Below the pieces are notes generated by a model. The model saw only the letters and a program-made list of their open reading frames with translations. It did no database searches and was not told where the DNA came from. From the human T2T-CHM13v2.0 reference genome, Homo sapiens: DNA of 64,000 nucleotides. Below, one piece after another: positions 1-13,319 of the stretch. A program made the position numbers and the translations under genes. The stretch lies in NCBI RefSeq assembly GCF_009914755.1, contig NC_060931.1, one strand, 5' to 3'. Position 1 is the stretch's first letter. Each line of letters starts with the position of its first letter.

Positions 1-8
1 AGGATTCC

Positions 9-201
9 TTTTTTTTTTTTTTTTTTTTTTTTTTTGAGACAGAGTCTCACTCTGTCGCCCAGGCTGGAGCGCAGTGGTGCGATCTCGGCTCACCGGTTTC
101 ACCGTGTTAACCAGGATGGTCTTGGTCTCCCGACCTCGTGATCCGCCCACCTCGGCCTCCCAAAGTGCTGGGATTACAGGCTTGAACCGCCGCGCCCGGC
201 C
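9..201 (-). mobile_element. Alu (AluY-like) with internal deletion
   Basis: Poly-T tail, right-arm end GAGACAGAGTCTCACTCTGTCGCCCAGGCTGGAG joined at ~93 directly to left-arm GGTTTCACCGTGTT..CCAGGATGGTC; ends CGCGCCCGGCC. Confidence 0.9.
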
Positions 202-660
202 CCGAGCCCACGATTCTAACACGCAGTGGAGGCTGAGAGCCTTGGCTGGGGCGCCCTAGCGTCAAGCTCACCATGTGGCCTTTGCGGCACGTCTGCTTCT
301 CTCTGCCTGGACCGCTCGGGTTTGAAGGCCCAGGGCGGGCCCCAGACGTCTCAGGGGCCATAGAGGCGCTGCTTCCGGAACTGCTGGAAGAGGATGACCA
401 ACTGCTGCTGCCAGGTCGAAGCGTCCTTGCGGAGGGACCCTACCAGGAAGGACAGGGAGCCACAGCCCTAGTCCCCTCGGCTCTCCTCCCGCCTCCCAGT
501 GCCTGGTCCAGTGTCCCAGTGGCGGAAGCGAACAGGGACCAATCCGCAAAGGAGAAATTGAGTTGGCAGTGACATTGCCGGAAAATCACTACTGCGGAGT
601 GCGGAGAGGTGGTTTGGGGCTGATAGGCAATGGTTTAATTGCAGGCAGAGTCTTGCGCCT
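200..660. promoter_or_regulatory. CpG-rich promoter-like region
   Basis: High GC/CpG; ETS-type CTTCCGGAA (372-380), GCGGAAG (522-528) and CCGGAAA (~578); CCAAT (539-543); GC boxes GGGCGG (~333) and CCCGCC (~488). Confidence 0.65.
272..520 (-). other. Candidate first exon of an unidentified minus-strand transcript (5' boundary approximate)
   Basis: Consensus donor CACATG|GTGAGC on the minus strand (GT at 271-270), inside the CpG-rich segment. Confidence 0.45.
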
Positions 661-1072
661 GATTTGCCTATCATAATGTCCTTGGTGGAAGTTATGGACT
701 TCCACCCACCCTGCTCCCACCCTCAGTGTGTGCATTAAATTCAGAACTCTCACCAGGCCCTATGTTTGCTGTGTCCCCTGCCTCACTTCATGCCCTGTAC
801 AGTGACCTTCCGTCCTGTCCTCATGCTCACCGCACAGTCTTTGACCAGAGTTTTTGCATCCCCATCTCTGCAACTTCCCTCAAATCTGCTGCAAGGCAAC
901 ACATCCTCTGCCTCCTTTAAATCCCGATTCAATCCTCACTGCCCCGACCTAAGTCAGTTCCGTCCATCATAAAGTCCCTTGACGCCATGCAGCAATTCAG
1001 CAATTCAGCATCATATTTATCAAGGAAGCTTGCTTGCATTTGTGAGATCCCTTTGGCACCTCCCTCTGCTAG

Positions 1073-1417
<345 letters not shown>

Positions 1418-1589
1418 TAACACCTTGCCTGGCACAAAGGAGGTCCTCAAAAATGTGTGTTGAATAAAACTTGCACAATTCACTAAGCAAGACTCCTGCA
1501 CTAAAGATACCTATTTTTAAACTTACAGAGTTTCTAGTTAGCTAGAACATAGTATCCAAGAGGCTGAGAATCTTTGCCTAACCATTTTA

Positions 1590-1960
<371 letters not shown>

Positions 1961-1969
1961 GGGTTTTCA

Positions 1970-2410
1970 CTCCTATCTCTAATAACTCCTCTTCTAAGAA
2001 AATATTACAAGAATGTAATCAGAAAGGCAGACAAAGATTAAATACAAATTTAATTATTATTTGCACAGAAACAGCTGGAAACAAGCTAAATATCCTATGT
2101 TAGAGAATAATTGAATAAACTATCAAGTACTTCTTGATGGAATATTATGATGCCATGAAAATAGTACCTGAGAATTTCTTTTTTTTTTTTTTACTTTGGA
2201 AACATTTTATGGGATGAGGATAAGAAGAAAATTTAATATGCTACATGTTAAATTATTTCAACTGTGCAAAAAATATACAGAAAGCAATTGGGAAAAGTAG
2301 CCAAATAAAGAATGATGCTAGGTAGTTGATTGTTTTATTTTCTTTTATTTTTACCCTTTTTGTATTATTCAAATTTTCCACAGTGTCACAATGAATAAAT
2401 CAAAAGCTAT
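1970..2410 (+). mobile_element. Old L1 (L1ME-like) 3' fragment
   Basis: CTGGAAACAAGCTAAATATCC..GAATAAACT..ATGGAATATTATG resembles the L1M ORF2 end/3' UTR. Confidence 0.55.
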
Positions 2411-4239
2411 GTAAAAATTAAAGAATTTGCCGCAAGTCCTGGGTTCATAACTGTGACTGATAGACAGCAAAAGGGTAAGCAGCCAACATAGCCAATGAGG
2501 ACCGCATGCTAATTAGGTTCCTGGCACAATTTCGGAATATAAGAAGGGCAGACAGATTATCCTGGGGTCCTCTTGTTCAGGCTGGGGTGTGAACAAGTGA
2601 GGGTGAGCATTCTTCCAGAGACCCTGCGAACAACTCAGTGGGGTCACGCAGTGCAGCTGTGCTTAGTGGAGGGTAGGCAGTCAGGACAAAGTGAATCCTC
2701 GGGTTGTGACCCAGCACGTGATGTTAGCAATGTGGTGCCTTGGTGCAGACTGAGTAATCTCTCCCATTTCTCCTCCTCCTGAGAAATTCACGAGGCAGAG
2801 AGTGGTGGACCGACAGGAATAGCTGCCAACCCTGAGGCAGAGATGGACGTCTAGGGATCTCTGGTGGGAAACATGCCTGATCACAGATAAGACTCCTCAA
2901 GCGGCAAAAACACCCTGGCCTAAGAAATGGATAGGAACGTAGTTTGAAACCTTGCACTCGATCACCCTGTTCCCAGTGGAAATAGATGCCTGCGCTATAG
3001 TAAGTGTAAACTTTCTCTCGCTGTCTTTCTTACACGCACACACACAAATACACACATTCTCTTTCATGTTGACCTGAGGAAAGTGACCCAGTGGCCTGAC
3101 CCAGAACCTGATTCCTTGCACACATCTTGGCGCAGCCATTGAGGTGCCCAGCACCCAGACACACAGCATTTAACTGGGGCAGCTGGCTTCTCAGACCTGC
3201 CTGGGAACGCTAACTGGGCATTGGATACGGTGCGAGAGAGAGCTCAGAATGCGTTTATGGTGTCCAGCAGATGACCATCCCAGTGTGGGACTTTACAGTA
3301 GTAATGAGCAATGGAAATTTTGAAAATATTTCTCAGAAAACAACCGCTGGCCAGAGAGCCCTAATTTAGGAATCTTGCACAACTTTTCCATCACGTGATG
3401 AATTTTGAGTTTCTAGTGTCACATGTGCCAGAGTTTTCAGAGTCCTGAGGCCTGTTTTGCTTTGTTTTCTTTGCCTTTTTATAATACTAAAGATTAAAGC
3501 TAGTCAGATATTTTGGGATATTTCAGTTAAACAAATCTCTGTATTTCAAAGCAAAAACGATAGATAATACTGTTTTTGCTGGCGGAAAATAAGCTAATCG
3601 TCCTTGTTGCCTGAAGACTGCTTTTCAGCAGAACGGCCAGGCCCTGCCTTCACATAGAGATGTTACAGGCTCTGAGTGAATGGAATAGGTGTCCAGGCCA
3701 GGTAGGACTTAAAGTTTCTAACAACAAATTAAATGGTTGTTGTCGAGCAGAGTGAGTAGAGTTTCATGAGTTACATGAAGGATTGTAGGTGTGGGTGCCC
3801 CTGAGCCTCCTCACACTTCAGTGTATTTGCGATGTTGCATTGATGCTGTTCCTGAGCTAGGGATTCAGAATTAAGCTGACGGAGCCCACGCCACGTGAAC
3901 TCCAATTCCCACTGCAGTGTCCTTGATCCACACTGACATTCCAGAGCACCCCCGTTCCGCTCTGCAGCAAAAGTTAAGACACCAGAAGCCTTTGTAAATG
4001 ATCCCTGAACATTCAAGCATGTTCCTCCAGTCAAAAACCAATACAATGCCAAGGATTTACAGGAATTGTTTTGGAAAATTATATACATTGAATTAGCCCA
4101 CTCTTGTTCAAAATCATTGCACATCCACTCTTGGATAGAACAGTATAATGCATGTAAAGCACTTGTCAATCCAGACAGCTATATAAATCTTAGTTATTTT
4201 TATAGTATAATTGACAGAGCTCTCATCTTGAGTCATCTA

Positions 4240-4720
4240 GCAAATAATTTATAAGTGCCTACTACATGCCAAGCAACATTCTGGGCCCTGGGGATAAAGG
4301 AAGGAAAACAGATAAAAATTCCCCAACCTAATGGAACTTGTAGTAAGGGAGGAGAAAATAAACAAGACCAATAAGTAAAATAACTTGTGCATTAGATAAA
4401 AAGATATGCAAGAGAAAAACAGAACAAAAAGGAGGGGTATATATACTGGGGAGGGTGAGAACTTTAGGTAAAGTAGCAAGGAAGGCCTCCCCCAAGGGTG
4501 ATAGCTGGGTAAAGTTGAGGCCAGTGCAGCTGCAGTGCCTTGAGGGGTTTGGGAGGTGGGCGGTGGAGGGAGTAGGAGATGGGGCCAGGGATAGCAGAGC
4601 CCAAACTGTCTAAGGGAATAGCCTTAAGGGACATTTTAATGATGTTGGCTCTTACTCTGGGTGAGATGGGACGTCACTGTAGGACTCCGAACAGGGAAAC
4701 GGCACAAATTTTAACTTCAT
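4240..4720 (-). mobile_element. L2 fragment
   Basis: TTTATAAGTGCCTACTACATGCCAAGCA..CTGGGGATA: antisense L2 3' end. Confidence 0.65.
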
Positions 4721-5814
4721 CACTGGCTTCTTCTTTGAGCTCTTTCTTGACCTCGGTTGTCTTGTCATTGAAAAAAAAGGCAGCAAGTGTGGTTGTGTGC
4801 CAGGCCTATCCTCCCACTTAATCCCGCTGTTAGATTTTATGATCTCTGCTTTATTTTAGAGGCTAACGAGGGTAAGTATCTGCCTAGAGTCATGGAGCTA
4901 GTAACTGACGAAGCTAAGGTGGAATTGAGTCTGTTATTTTCTGTTCTAATAACCGCATCACCTTTCACAAAATAAATGCATCTATCAGAAGAATTGGTGG
5001 ACCAATCTTGGGGACATGGGGAGGCAAAGTTGAGTCACAGAGAGCCCTGGTTGAAATATAGGTTCCATTTGGACAAAGTTCAGTTTACAAGGGACTTTCA
5101 CATCCATGCCTCATTTGATAAGCATGATGGTACTAAAGCACCATTGCCCGGATTGCAGAGGAGGCACTTGGTAAGGTGTAGAAAGCAGAATTTCAGATGA
5201 TAGTCCAACACTGTATTCTTCGCAACCTTCTCACTGCTGGACACCCAAGGACTCAGTAAGAGGGAACAGGAGAAAGAACATGACTTCAAAACCTAGCTCA
5301 GATGTTACCTGTCAAGTTAAGAATTAGAAACACAAGTCCTGCAACTGGGCTTATGAACACAGTTGATCCCTGGGAGGTGGGGTGATCCCCAGGAGAAAAC
5401 AGGCAAATCTGACTCGGGTCCCACACACTGCAGTCATTATTTTACTGTGTCTTATAGGCTGTGCTTTGCTTTACGGGCTTAGATCTACATCTAATTTGGT
5501 TCCCCTTCAATATTTCAATCTTCATTCAGGGCTCTGCTTCCCTGGGTCCACCCACGCCCTGTGTCCCCAGCTTGACCCGACAGCTTCCATGAGTAATCGG
5601 GTCTCCACCCTGGGGATACCCTCCCATCTGCAGGCTGCATCTGCACTTGGCTTGGGACAGCCTTGGCCAGGGCTGCAGGGTGTTCCCTCGTGGCCGCCTG
5701 CCTCTGCTCCCTGCCCTTTGCCTCCCTCTGGTGGGCACAGTGGCCATCCTGGCAGCAGGGCTTGGTCAGGGCCTTTGAAGTGACCTGCTGTGTCAGACTC
5801 TTTGGGGCTTAATG

Positions 5815-5975
5815 TGGGTCAAACTCATCTGCAGAGCTTGTTTTGAACACACATTGCCAGGCCCCAGCCCCAGAGTGTTTGATTCAGTCAGCCTGGGGTG
5901 CATCCTGATAATGTGCATTTTTAAACAGGTTCCCAGGTGATGCTGATGCTGCAGCACACTGAGGAAGCCACTGCT
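5815..5975. mobile_element. MER5A-like hAT-Charlie MITE
   Basis: CCCCAGAG..TGATTCAGT..TGCATTTTTAAACAGGTTCCCAGGTGATGCTGATGCTGC..CCACTG. Confidence 0.8.
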
Positions 5976-6399
5976 GCAGTCCCACCAGTTCACGGAAAGT
6001 GGCTGCAGTGTGCAAATGTTTCAGAACTGCTGGGGCAGAGACCAAGGCCCTTGTTCCCTGAAACATTGATTAAGACGCCTAGGCTTCTCTGATGCCTGGG
6101 TCCATGTATTTAACAAACGTTTATTGCATACACAATGCGAGGTGCAACACAGTAGGCACAGCAGTCATGACACACCCCCAGCACCTCACAGTCAGAGGAA
6201 AAACAAGGACAAAAGAGCCACATTTAAGCAGAATTAGATTCCAAGCTGCAGTACAACATTTTTGAGGAACTACCCCCCTCCAGGATTAAAGTGTTTACTT
6301 TGGGAAAGTCCTTCTAATAATGGTATACTTCCAAATTCATCAATAAAAGACTTCAGCAGTTAAAAAATAATTATCATCAAGGATAACATTTTCAGACTA

Positions 6400-6600
6400 C
6401 TGACTTTGCTCCAGGTCCTTTCAAAGTGTTGATTCATTTATTCCACACAACAGCCTATGGAAGTAGATTCTGTTATTTCCCCCCATGTTACAGATGTGAA
6501 AACTGAGATACAGAGGGTTAAGTGACCTGCCCAGGACCACACAGAGAGGAAGAGGAGAAGTTAAGATTCACACCCTACCGATCTGGACTTTATAGTCCAT
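6400..6600 (-). mobile_element. MIR
   Basis: Core ACAGATGTGAAAACTGAGATACAGAGGGTTAAGTGACCTGCCCAGG. Confidence 0.8.
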
Positions 6601-7826
6601 TCATAAAATGATTGTGATACATTTGAAAGCTAAAAATGTTTTTTTTTCTGTTGAAAAAGTAACAAACACATGTATAAAATCTGAAATTTAAAAGGAGTTA
6701 CAATATTTTCAAAATTCCGCCATGTCCCCACCACCCAGAGAGCTGCTGTTTACCTTCTGGTCTGCCAACTTCTTTAGGAACAAGAGAACTGCAAATATAT
6801 GGTACCCAATTGAGATACAGAAAATTGTTGTAATCTACATTTTATGTAATGGTGCTTAGAAATACAATCTACACATAATTATACAAAATGCATGTCTATT
6901 GAAAAAAACTGAATAACAGTAGAAAGAACAAAATAAGAATCATTCAATACTTCAGGATTACAAATTCATACTCCAAGAGCTTACGAGAATTAAATGGAAA
7001 TTAAAGAACATCTGTATAGATGCAAGATAACGAGATGAGGAACATGTCTCTACATAAATATTCACTGAATTCCTGATTTTCATTTTTACACTGACATTTT
7101 TACTTTGTGCCTTTATGTTATCATTGAAGATGTCCCTTCAGATACTTCAGATATTTTACTTTACATTTTAATGGTTTTAGTGTGGTGGAGACACCCTGAG
7201 AAGCTACTCAATCTTTCTCATTCAGTAATTTTCTATTTTTCATCTTAACTCAGGACAAAAAGACACAAACAGTTTATGATGTTAGAGAAAGAGTTGAAAG
7301 TAAAATTGGTAGACATATGGATTGTTAATTTCTCTAGAGGATCCCAAGGGAAATAGAAATATTTTAACTGAGTGTTTTACATTGTTAACTCAATGCTTTG
7401 TCATATGTTTTGCTTTGACCAATGCACTTGAAAATTTTCTCTAACTTGCTGAAAGGGTAATGTAGACAAACATCTTTGCATTGCTATTTATTTGCGTTTA
7501 AGTGCATGCATTCTGGTAATAGTGTTTCCCAAAGAATAGTTTGTGGACATTAGTCTCATAATGTTCCACAGAAGAAGGGCTCTGTGGTCTAACACGTTTC
7601 AGGAAACATTAATACCACAAATCCTCCTCTGGGTATGTGTAATATCTGAGAACTTCTAAAGAGGAAAAAATAAAGCCACTAGTATCATTAGTATCATACG
7701 TTTTGATGACTCTGAATGTCAGTTTTCACACTAGGTCACTTTTGTATAACTGTCAGAGAGACATGCTATAAATTTTGGGGATTTTACAGTACAATATTGC
7801 ACATCATTCACACTGAAGTGCATATG

Positions 7827-7845
7827 TCACGCCCCCTGGAGGACA
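7827..7845 (-). promoter_or_regulatory. CTCF-like motif
   Basis: TGTCCTCCAGGGGGCGTGA on the minus strand closely matches the CTCF core CCNSYAGRKGGCR. Confidence 0.55.
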
Positions 7846-10319
7846 CAGAGCCAAGGCCAGCAGGTCAGTGGCCTTGGTTTGCAGCAGTGTTGGCAGAAGC
7901 ACTTTATTCTCTTTCCTCCATTTCCTATGTGTACTGGAGACGCAAAGTAAACCAGGTTGTCTGCCAAACTTGAAGGAAGCCAGAGAGTCCAGAAAACTGT
8001 AGGCTTTCCTGCACCCAGAGGGAGATATTACTCTTGGAAATAAGACTTTTTCAAACGATAACCTTCTAGGTGAAAGAAAGTACTATTTGAGCTTCTCTTC
8101 TCCAAACTGTTGGTCTTTCACAATGAAAAGAGTTTGGCCTCAACAAGTGAACAAGGACCAAGGGTAACTAAACAGCTCAGGCAGACACAAAAGCCTGGTT
8201 GTTGCAACCGAATTGACTTAGCATTTACTGCGTTTTAAAACTCAAATCCATTTGGTAAGGGGGCCTAATCATCTAAGAAAAACAGTCATGTGAAGAAACA
8301 GGATGCTGCATCTGATTGATTTATAAAAGCATCAGGTTACTGAAGTTTTAGCCAGCTCATAGGAAAAATACTTTCCCATTTACTCCCCATTTCCTTCACG
8401 TCAGGATAAACTCATTCCCACACTACAAAATATGCCTTCAAAATCCCATACCCTGCATGAGACCAAATTCTTTGGCTTTTGGAGGGCTTTCTCCACAGCC
8501 TGAAATTGATTCCTGACAGCAGTTCCTTTGTGGCTTTGCTCAAACAAACTCGGAATCTTTTGGCTCATGGCACCAGCAGTAATTGAAAGAAGATACCACC
8601 ACTGTTTTGTACATTCATGGAGCTGCTCAGGAGAAATGTGCTTTCTTTCCTGATCAAGGCTTTACTGCACTGCAATTGTCTTTGGTCCCATGTAAGCATG
8701 TTTATCGTTCCTAACATCCCTTTTGCTGTTGTTGTTTAGTTGTTTTACTTTTTTATTTTTCAAGGATAATTTCAATAATATTGCCATGTACACAATGGCA
8801 TGTTACATATAAATATGTCAACATAATGTCTATAACTTATTATATCTGGGTATTTATAGCAGAAACATAGACAGTCATAAATACATACTCAGGAAATTCC
8901 GGGCTATTTCTGATTTTCAAACACATGTAATATGTGGTCTCATTGAGAGTTTTCTCTGTTGTTTCTGGAGAACATTATTTACACAGCCAGAAAACAAAAA
9001 CTTTTTTAAAAGTACAACTAATTTTAATATGAAGAGGAATCTGCTTTTGCTTTGTAAAGGTGTATTTTCTGTAGAAATATTGAACTGACAAGGGTGTGAA
9101 GGAAAAGTATTTTCCAAGAGAAGGCAAATGTGGAACTAGATAGAAAAGAATGAATTAGAAAATTATGTAGATTTTGGAAGATGTTCCTCTATTTTTTTCT
9201 ATTATCTAAGTTTCATAGATATTTTTTTCCTATGGAAGGAATATCTGTCTTGATATTTACTGTAGTTATGATTGGAATGGTGCTATTTCTCCAATATATG
9301 AATGGAATACTCTTAGTGATAGGGAAATTTTTCAGATATCAATAAATGAATTGTAAGTATCACGGTGTTGCTTTTCTTGCTTTACACAAAATACTGCTGG
9401 GTTTCTTAGCTATAAACCATAAATCCTTTGCCTTATGGCCCTCATAGTGATTGAGATTAGAAGTAATTGATCCATTACTGAACTAGTGTTATACTAGGCA
9501 TCAATGAAGATGTTTTCTTTGACATTTTCTGTGTAGCCTTCTAATAACAATAGCATTTATCGTGCACTTACATTGTGCATTGTTTGTTTGGTACAAGCAT
9601 AAGCTCGCTTAACTTCAAAACCTGTAAGGCATAGTTATTATTATGATTATTTCTGCGCTCAGAAGAAGAAACCAAAACAAAGGTTAAATAATGTGTTGAA
9701 GGTAAAGAATGGTGTAAGAATTAAACCCTGGTGGTTTAACTTCCTGGGATTTTAATCATTTCTTTTAACACTATTAGTTCTCTCTTAAAATGAACATGCT
9801 CATTAAATTAATTCAAATCAATATTAGGCTGCCCTTTTAAAAAACTCAGAGCAAACAAGAACAATTAAATTATGTATTTACTTGCCTTTGACCTTGAGCA
9901 ATTGACCTTTCTCTAGACAGGGCTAACAATTTTACTTGGATTTGAGTAGCTGCAAAAATTGCTGAGAAGTCAATTTAAAGTCTTAGGAAAACGTTTTATC
10001 AGACTGAAGTCTCCTAAATCATTTGTCAATCACTTGTTGGTAGTCATTTAAGTCGAGCTCAATCGCCCTAAGCCACATATTCATTTTAATCCATGAATAA
10101 TGTAGTAATGACTCATTGACAGCTATTAACCAGCTCCTAGAGTTTTCATACCTGCAACTTTTAAGGGATTCTAAGCAAAGCATTCTAGAAATAAAACAAT
10201 ATAAATAGAAAGTAGTCATTTCACTTTCATTTTAGGGTAGATGACATGATACAAGGATGACTTTAGTAATAATCAATTGCTCTATGATACCTAGAGTTGT
10301 CCCTTGGTGAAACTTGGTT

Positions 10320-10985
10320 TCACAGCTTCTACCTCTCAAATGTATCCAGAATCCAACCACTTCTCACTACTTTCCTTCTCACCACTTGTGAAATAAAACC
10401 CCTGGCCCTGAATTTAAATCCTGCTCCAAGCCAAATCATCATGCCTCCCCTGGATTTTGGCATTAACTCCCTAAACTGTCTCCTAAATTGCCACCTTTGT
10501 CCACAGTATTCTCAACAGGGAAGCCAGGTGATCCTTACAAAATGTAAGTGATACCATGTCATCTGCCATCTACAAATCCTATTCCTTTCGCTCAAGGCCT
10601 TTCTTCCTATGGGTGTGAGGCAGCAGGTTCACTGCTTCCCTGTGATTCTGACTTCGTCTCCTCCTGTTCTCCTCCTCACTCATGCCACTCAACCCGCAGG
10701 CTCCCTGTTGTTGACCCCGCCATGCCCTGCCTGCACACGAAAATAGTTCTCTTTAGCCTGCTCTGTGAATTCCTCAGAATTTATAACTTCCAGCACCCCA
10801 TATGATTTGTATATTTATTATCTTTTGTGTAGTATTTATTATTTATCTTACCTGATGAGAATGTAAGCTCTCTAAGCAAGTGGAGCTTATTGTCTGCTCT
10901 GTTTGAACAAAACAGATCAGCATCTGGTAGGTTGTAGCACTCAATACATATTTATGGAATGAACAAATGAATGAATGAATGATTA
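10320..10985 (+). mobile_element. L2 3' region
   Basis: CCAGAATCCAACCACTTCTCAC..GAATGTAAGCTC..; ends in the (TGAA)n tail typical of L2. Confidence 0.8.
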
Positions 10986-11169
10986 AATGCCATTAGCTGG
11001 ACCCATGCTTCCATGGTCAAACATGATGCTAGGACATTCAGTTCAGTCAGCGTTTGTATACGGTATTGGTCTAAAGGCAAATGATGACCATACATAAGAA
11101 ATTAAAATACATCATAATGAATGGCATTAAAAGTCAATAATACTAGCTTGAAAGACAATAAGATAAGAT

Positions 11170-11410
11170 GGTGGAAATAGACCCTGGTACTGAAATTGAC
11201 TAAACTTTAGTTAAAAGAAATCCCTGTTCCACCATTTATCAGCAAGATGACCTTTGGCAAGTCACTTTAGCATACTAATCCTTAGCTCTCTCCCATATAC
11301 AATAGGGAAATCTGTGCTGCCTACTTAATCTGGTTGTTATGAAGAGTAAATGAGTTTACATATTTAAGATGCTTAATATAATTTCTTGATATGTAATAAC
11401 TATTGGGGGA
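11170..11410 (+). mobile_element. MIR
   Basis: GACCTTTGGCAAGTCACTT..GGTTGTTATGAAGAGTAAATGAG. Confidence 0.65.
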
Positions 11411-11634
11411 AGTAATAACATAGTAATTTAAAAAATGTAGAGAGAGCCTCAGAACAATCTGAAAAACACATCCCTCTTAGTTATTATAAACAATTAGTTT
11501 TGAATCAATAATGCCTGATGAATAATAGTTTTTTTAAAATGGGCAAGAATTGACCATTGATCTTTTAGAATTTCAGAGTTGGAAGTTGCATAACTATCTA
11601 ATATTTGGTTAATTCTAAACCTTTTAGCCTTGGT

Positions 11635-12364
<730 letters not shown>

Positions 12365-13255
12365 CAGTCATGTGTTGCTTAACCAAAGGAATATGTTCTG
12401 AGAAATTCATTGTTTGGTGATTTTGTCATTGTGTGAACATCATAGGCTGCACTTACACAAGATGATACAGCCTTCTACACACCATGGTGGTATAGCCTGT
12501 TGCTCCTAGACCACAAACCTATGCAGCATGTTACTGAACTGAATACTGTAGTCAATTGTAACACAATGCCAAGGATTTGTGCATCCAAACATTAAAAAGT
12601 ACAGTAAAAATAAGATATAAAGGATTCAAAAATGGTACACTTACAGGGCGCTTCCCATAAATGCAGCTTGCAGCGGGGGAAGTTGCTCTGGGTGTCAGTG
12701 GATGAGTAGTGAGTGAATGTGAAGGTCTGGGCCATGATAGACTTTATAAATAGTAAACTTAGACTATGCTAGATTTATAACAAATGTTTTTCTTTCTTCA
12801 ATAATAAATTAACCTTAGCTTACTGTAACTTTTTAACTTTATACATTTTTATTATTTTTAACTTATTGGCTCTTTTGTAATAACACTTAGCTTAAAACAT
12901 ATGGTACAGCTATATAAAAATATTTTCTTTCTTTATATTCTTTATAAGCTTTTTTCTATTTAAAGTTTTTTGGGGTTTTTTTTTTGTTACTTTAAAAAAT
13001 TTTGTTATAAACTAAGACACAAACACACGCATTTGCCTAGGCCTACACAGGGTCAAGATCGTCAATATCGCTGTCTTTCTCCTCCATATCTTGTCCCACT
13101 GGAAGGCCTTCAGGGACAATAACAGGCATGGAACTACCATCTCCTATGACAGCAATGCCTTCTCGCAGATACCTCCTGAGGGATCAGCCTGAGGCTTTTT
13201 GTATAAGTACAGTCTGAAATAATGATAAAATTGTAGTATAGTAAATACATAAACT
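12365..13255 (+). mobile_element. Tigger3/GOLEM-like TcMar DNA transposon, one end missing
   Basis: TA followed by CAGTCATGTGTTGCTTAAC..TTCTGAGAAA terminus; internal GGTATAGCCTGTTGCTCCTAG, CCTACACAGGGTCAAGATC. Confidence 0.85.
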
Positions 13256-13319
13256 CCTCCCATCCCTGATTTTCTTAAAACAAACTTTGAAAACCACTAG
13301 GCTAGGTTATGGTCTTTTT

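Noticed and set aside
273-572. 99-aa plus-strand ORF and the overlapping 268-549 ORF as genes
   Set aside because: GC-rich promoter DNA has open frames on both strands, and I recognise no domain.
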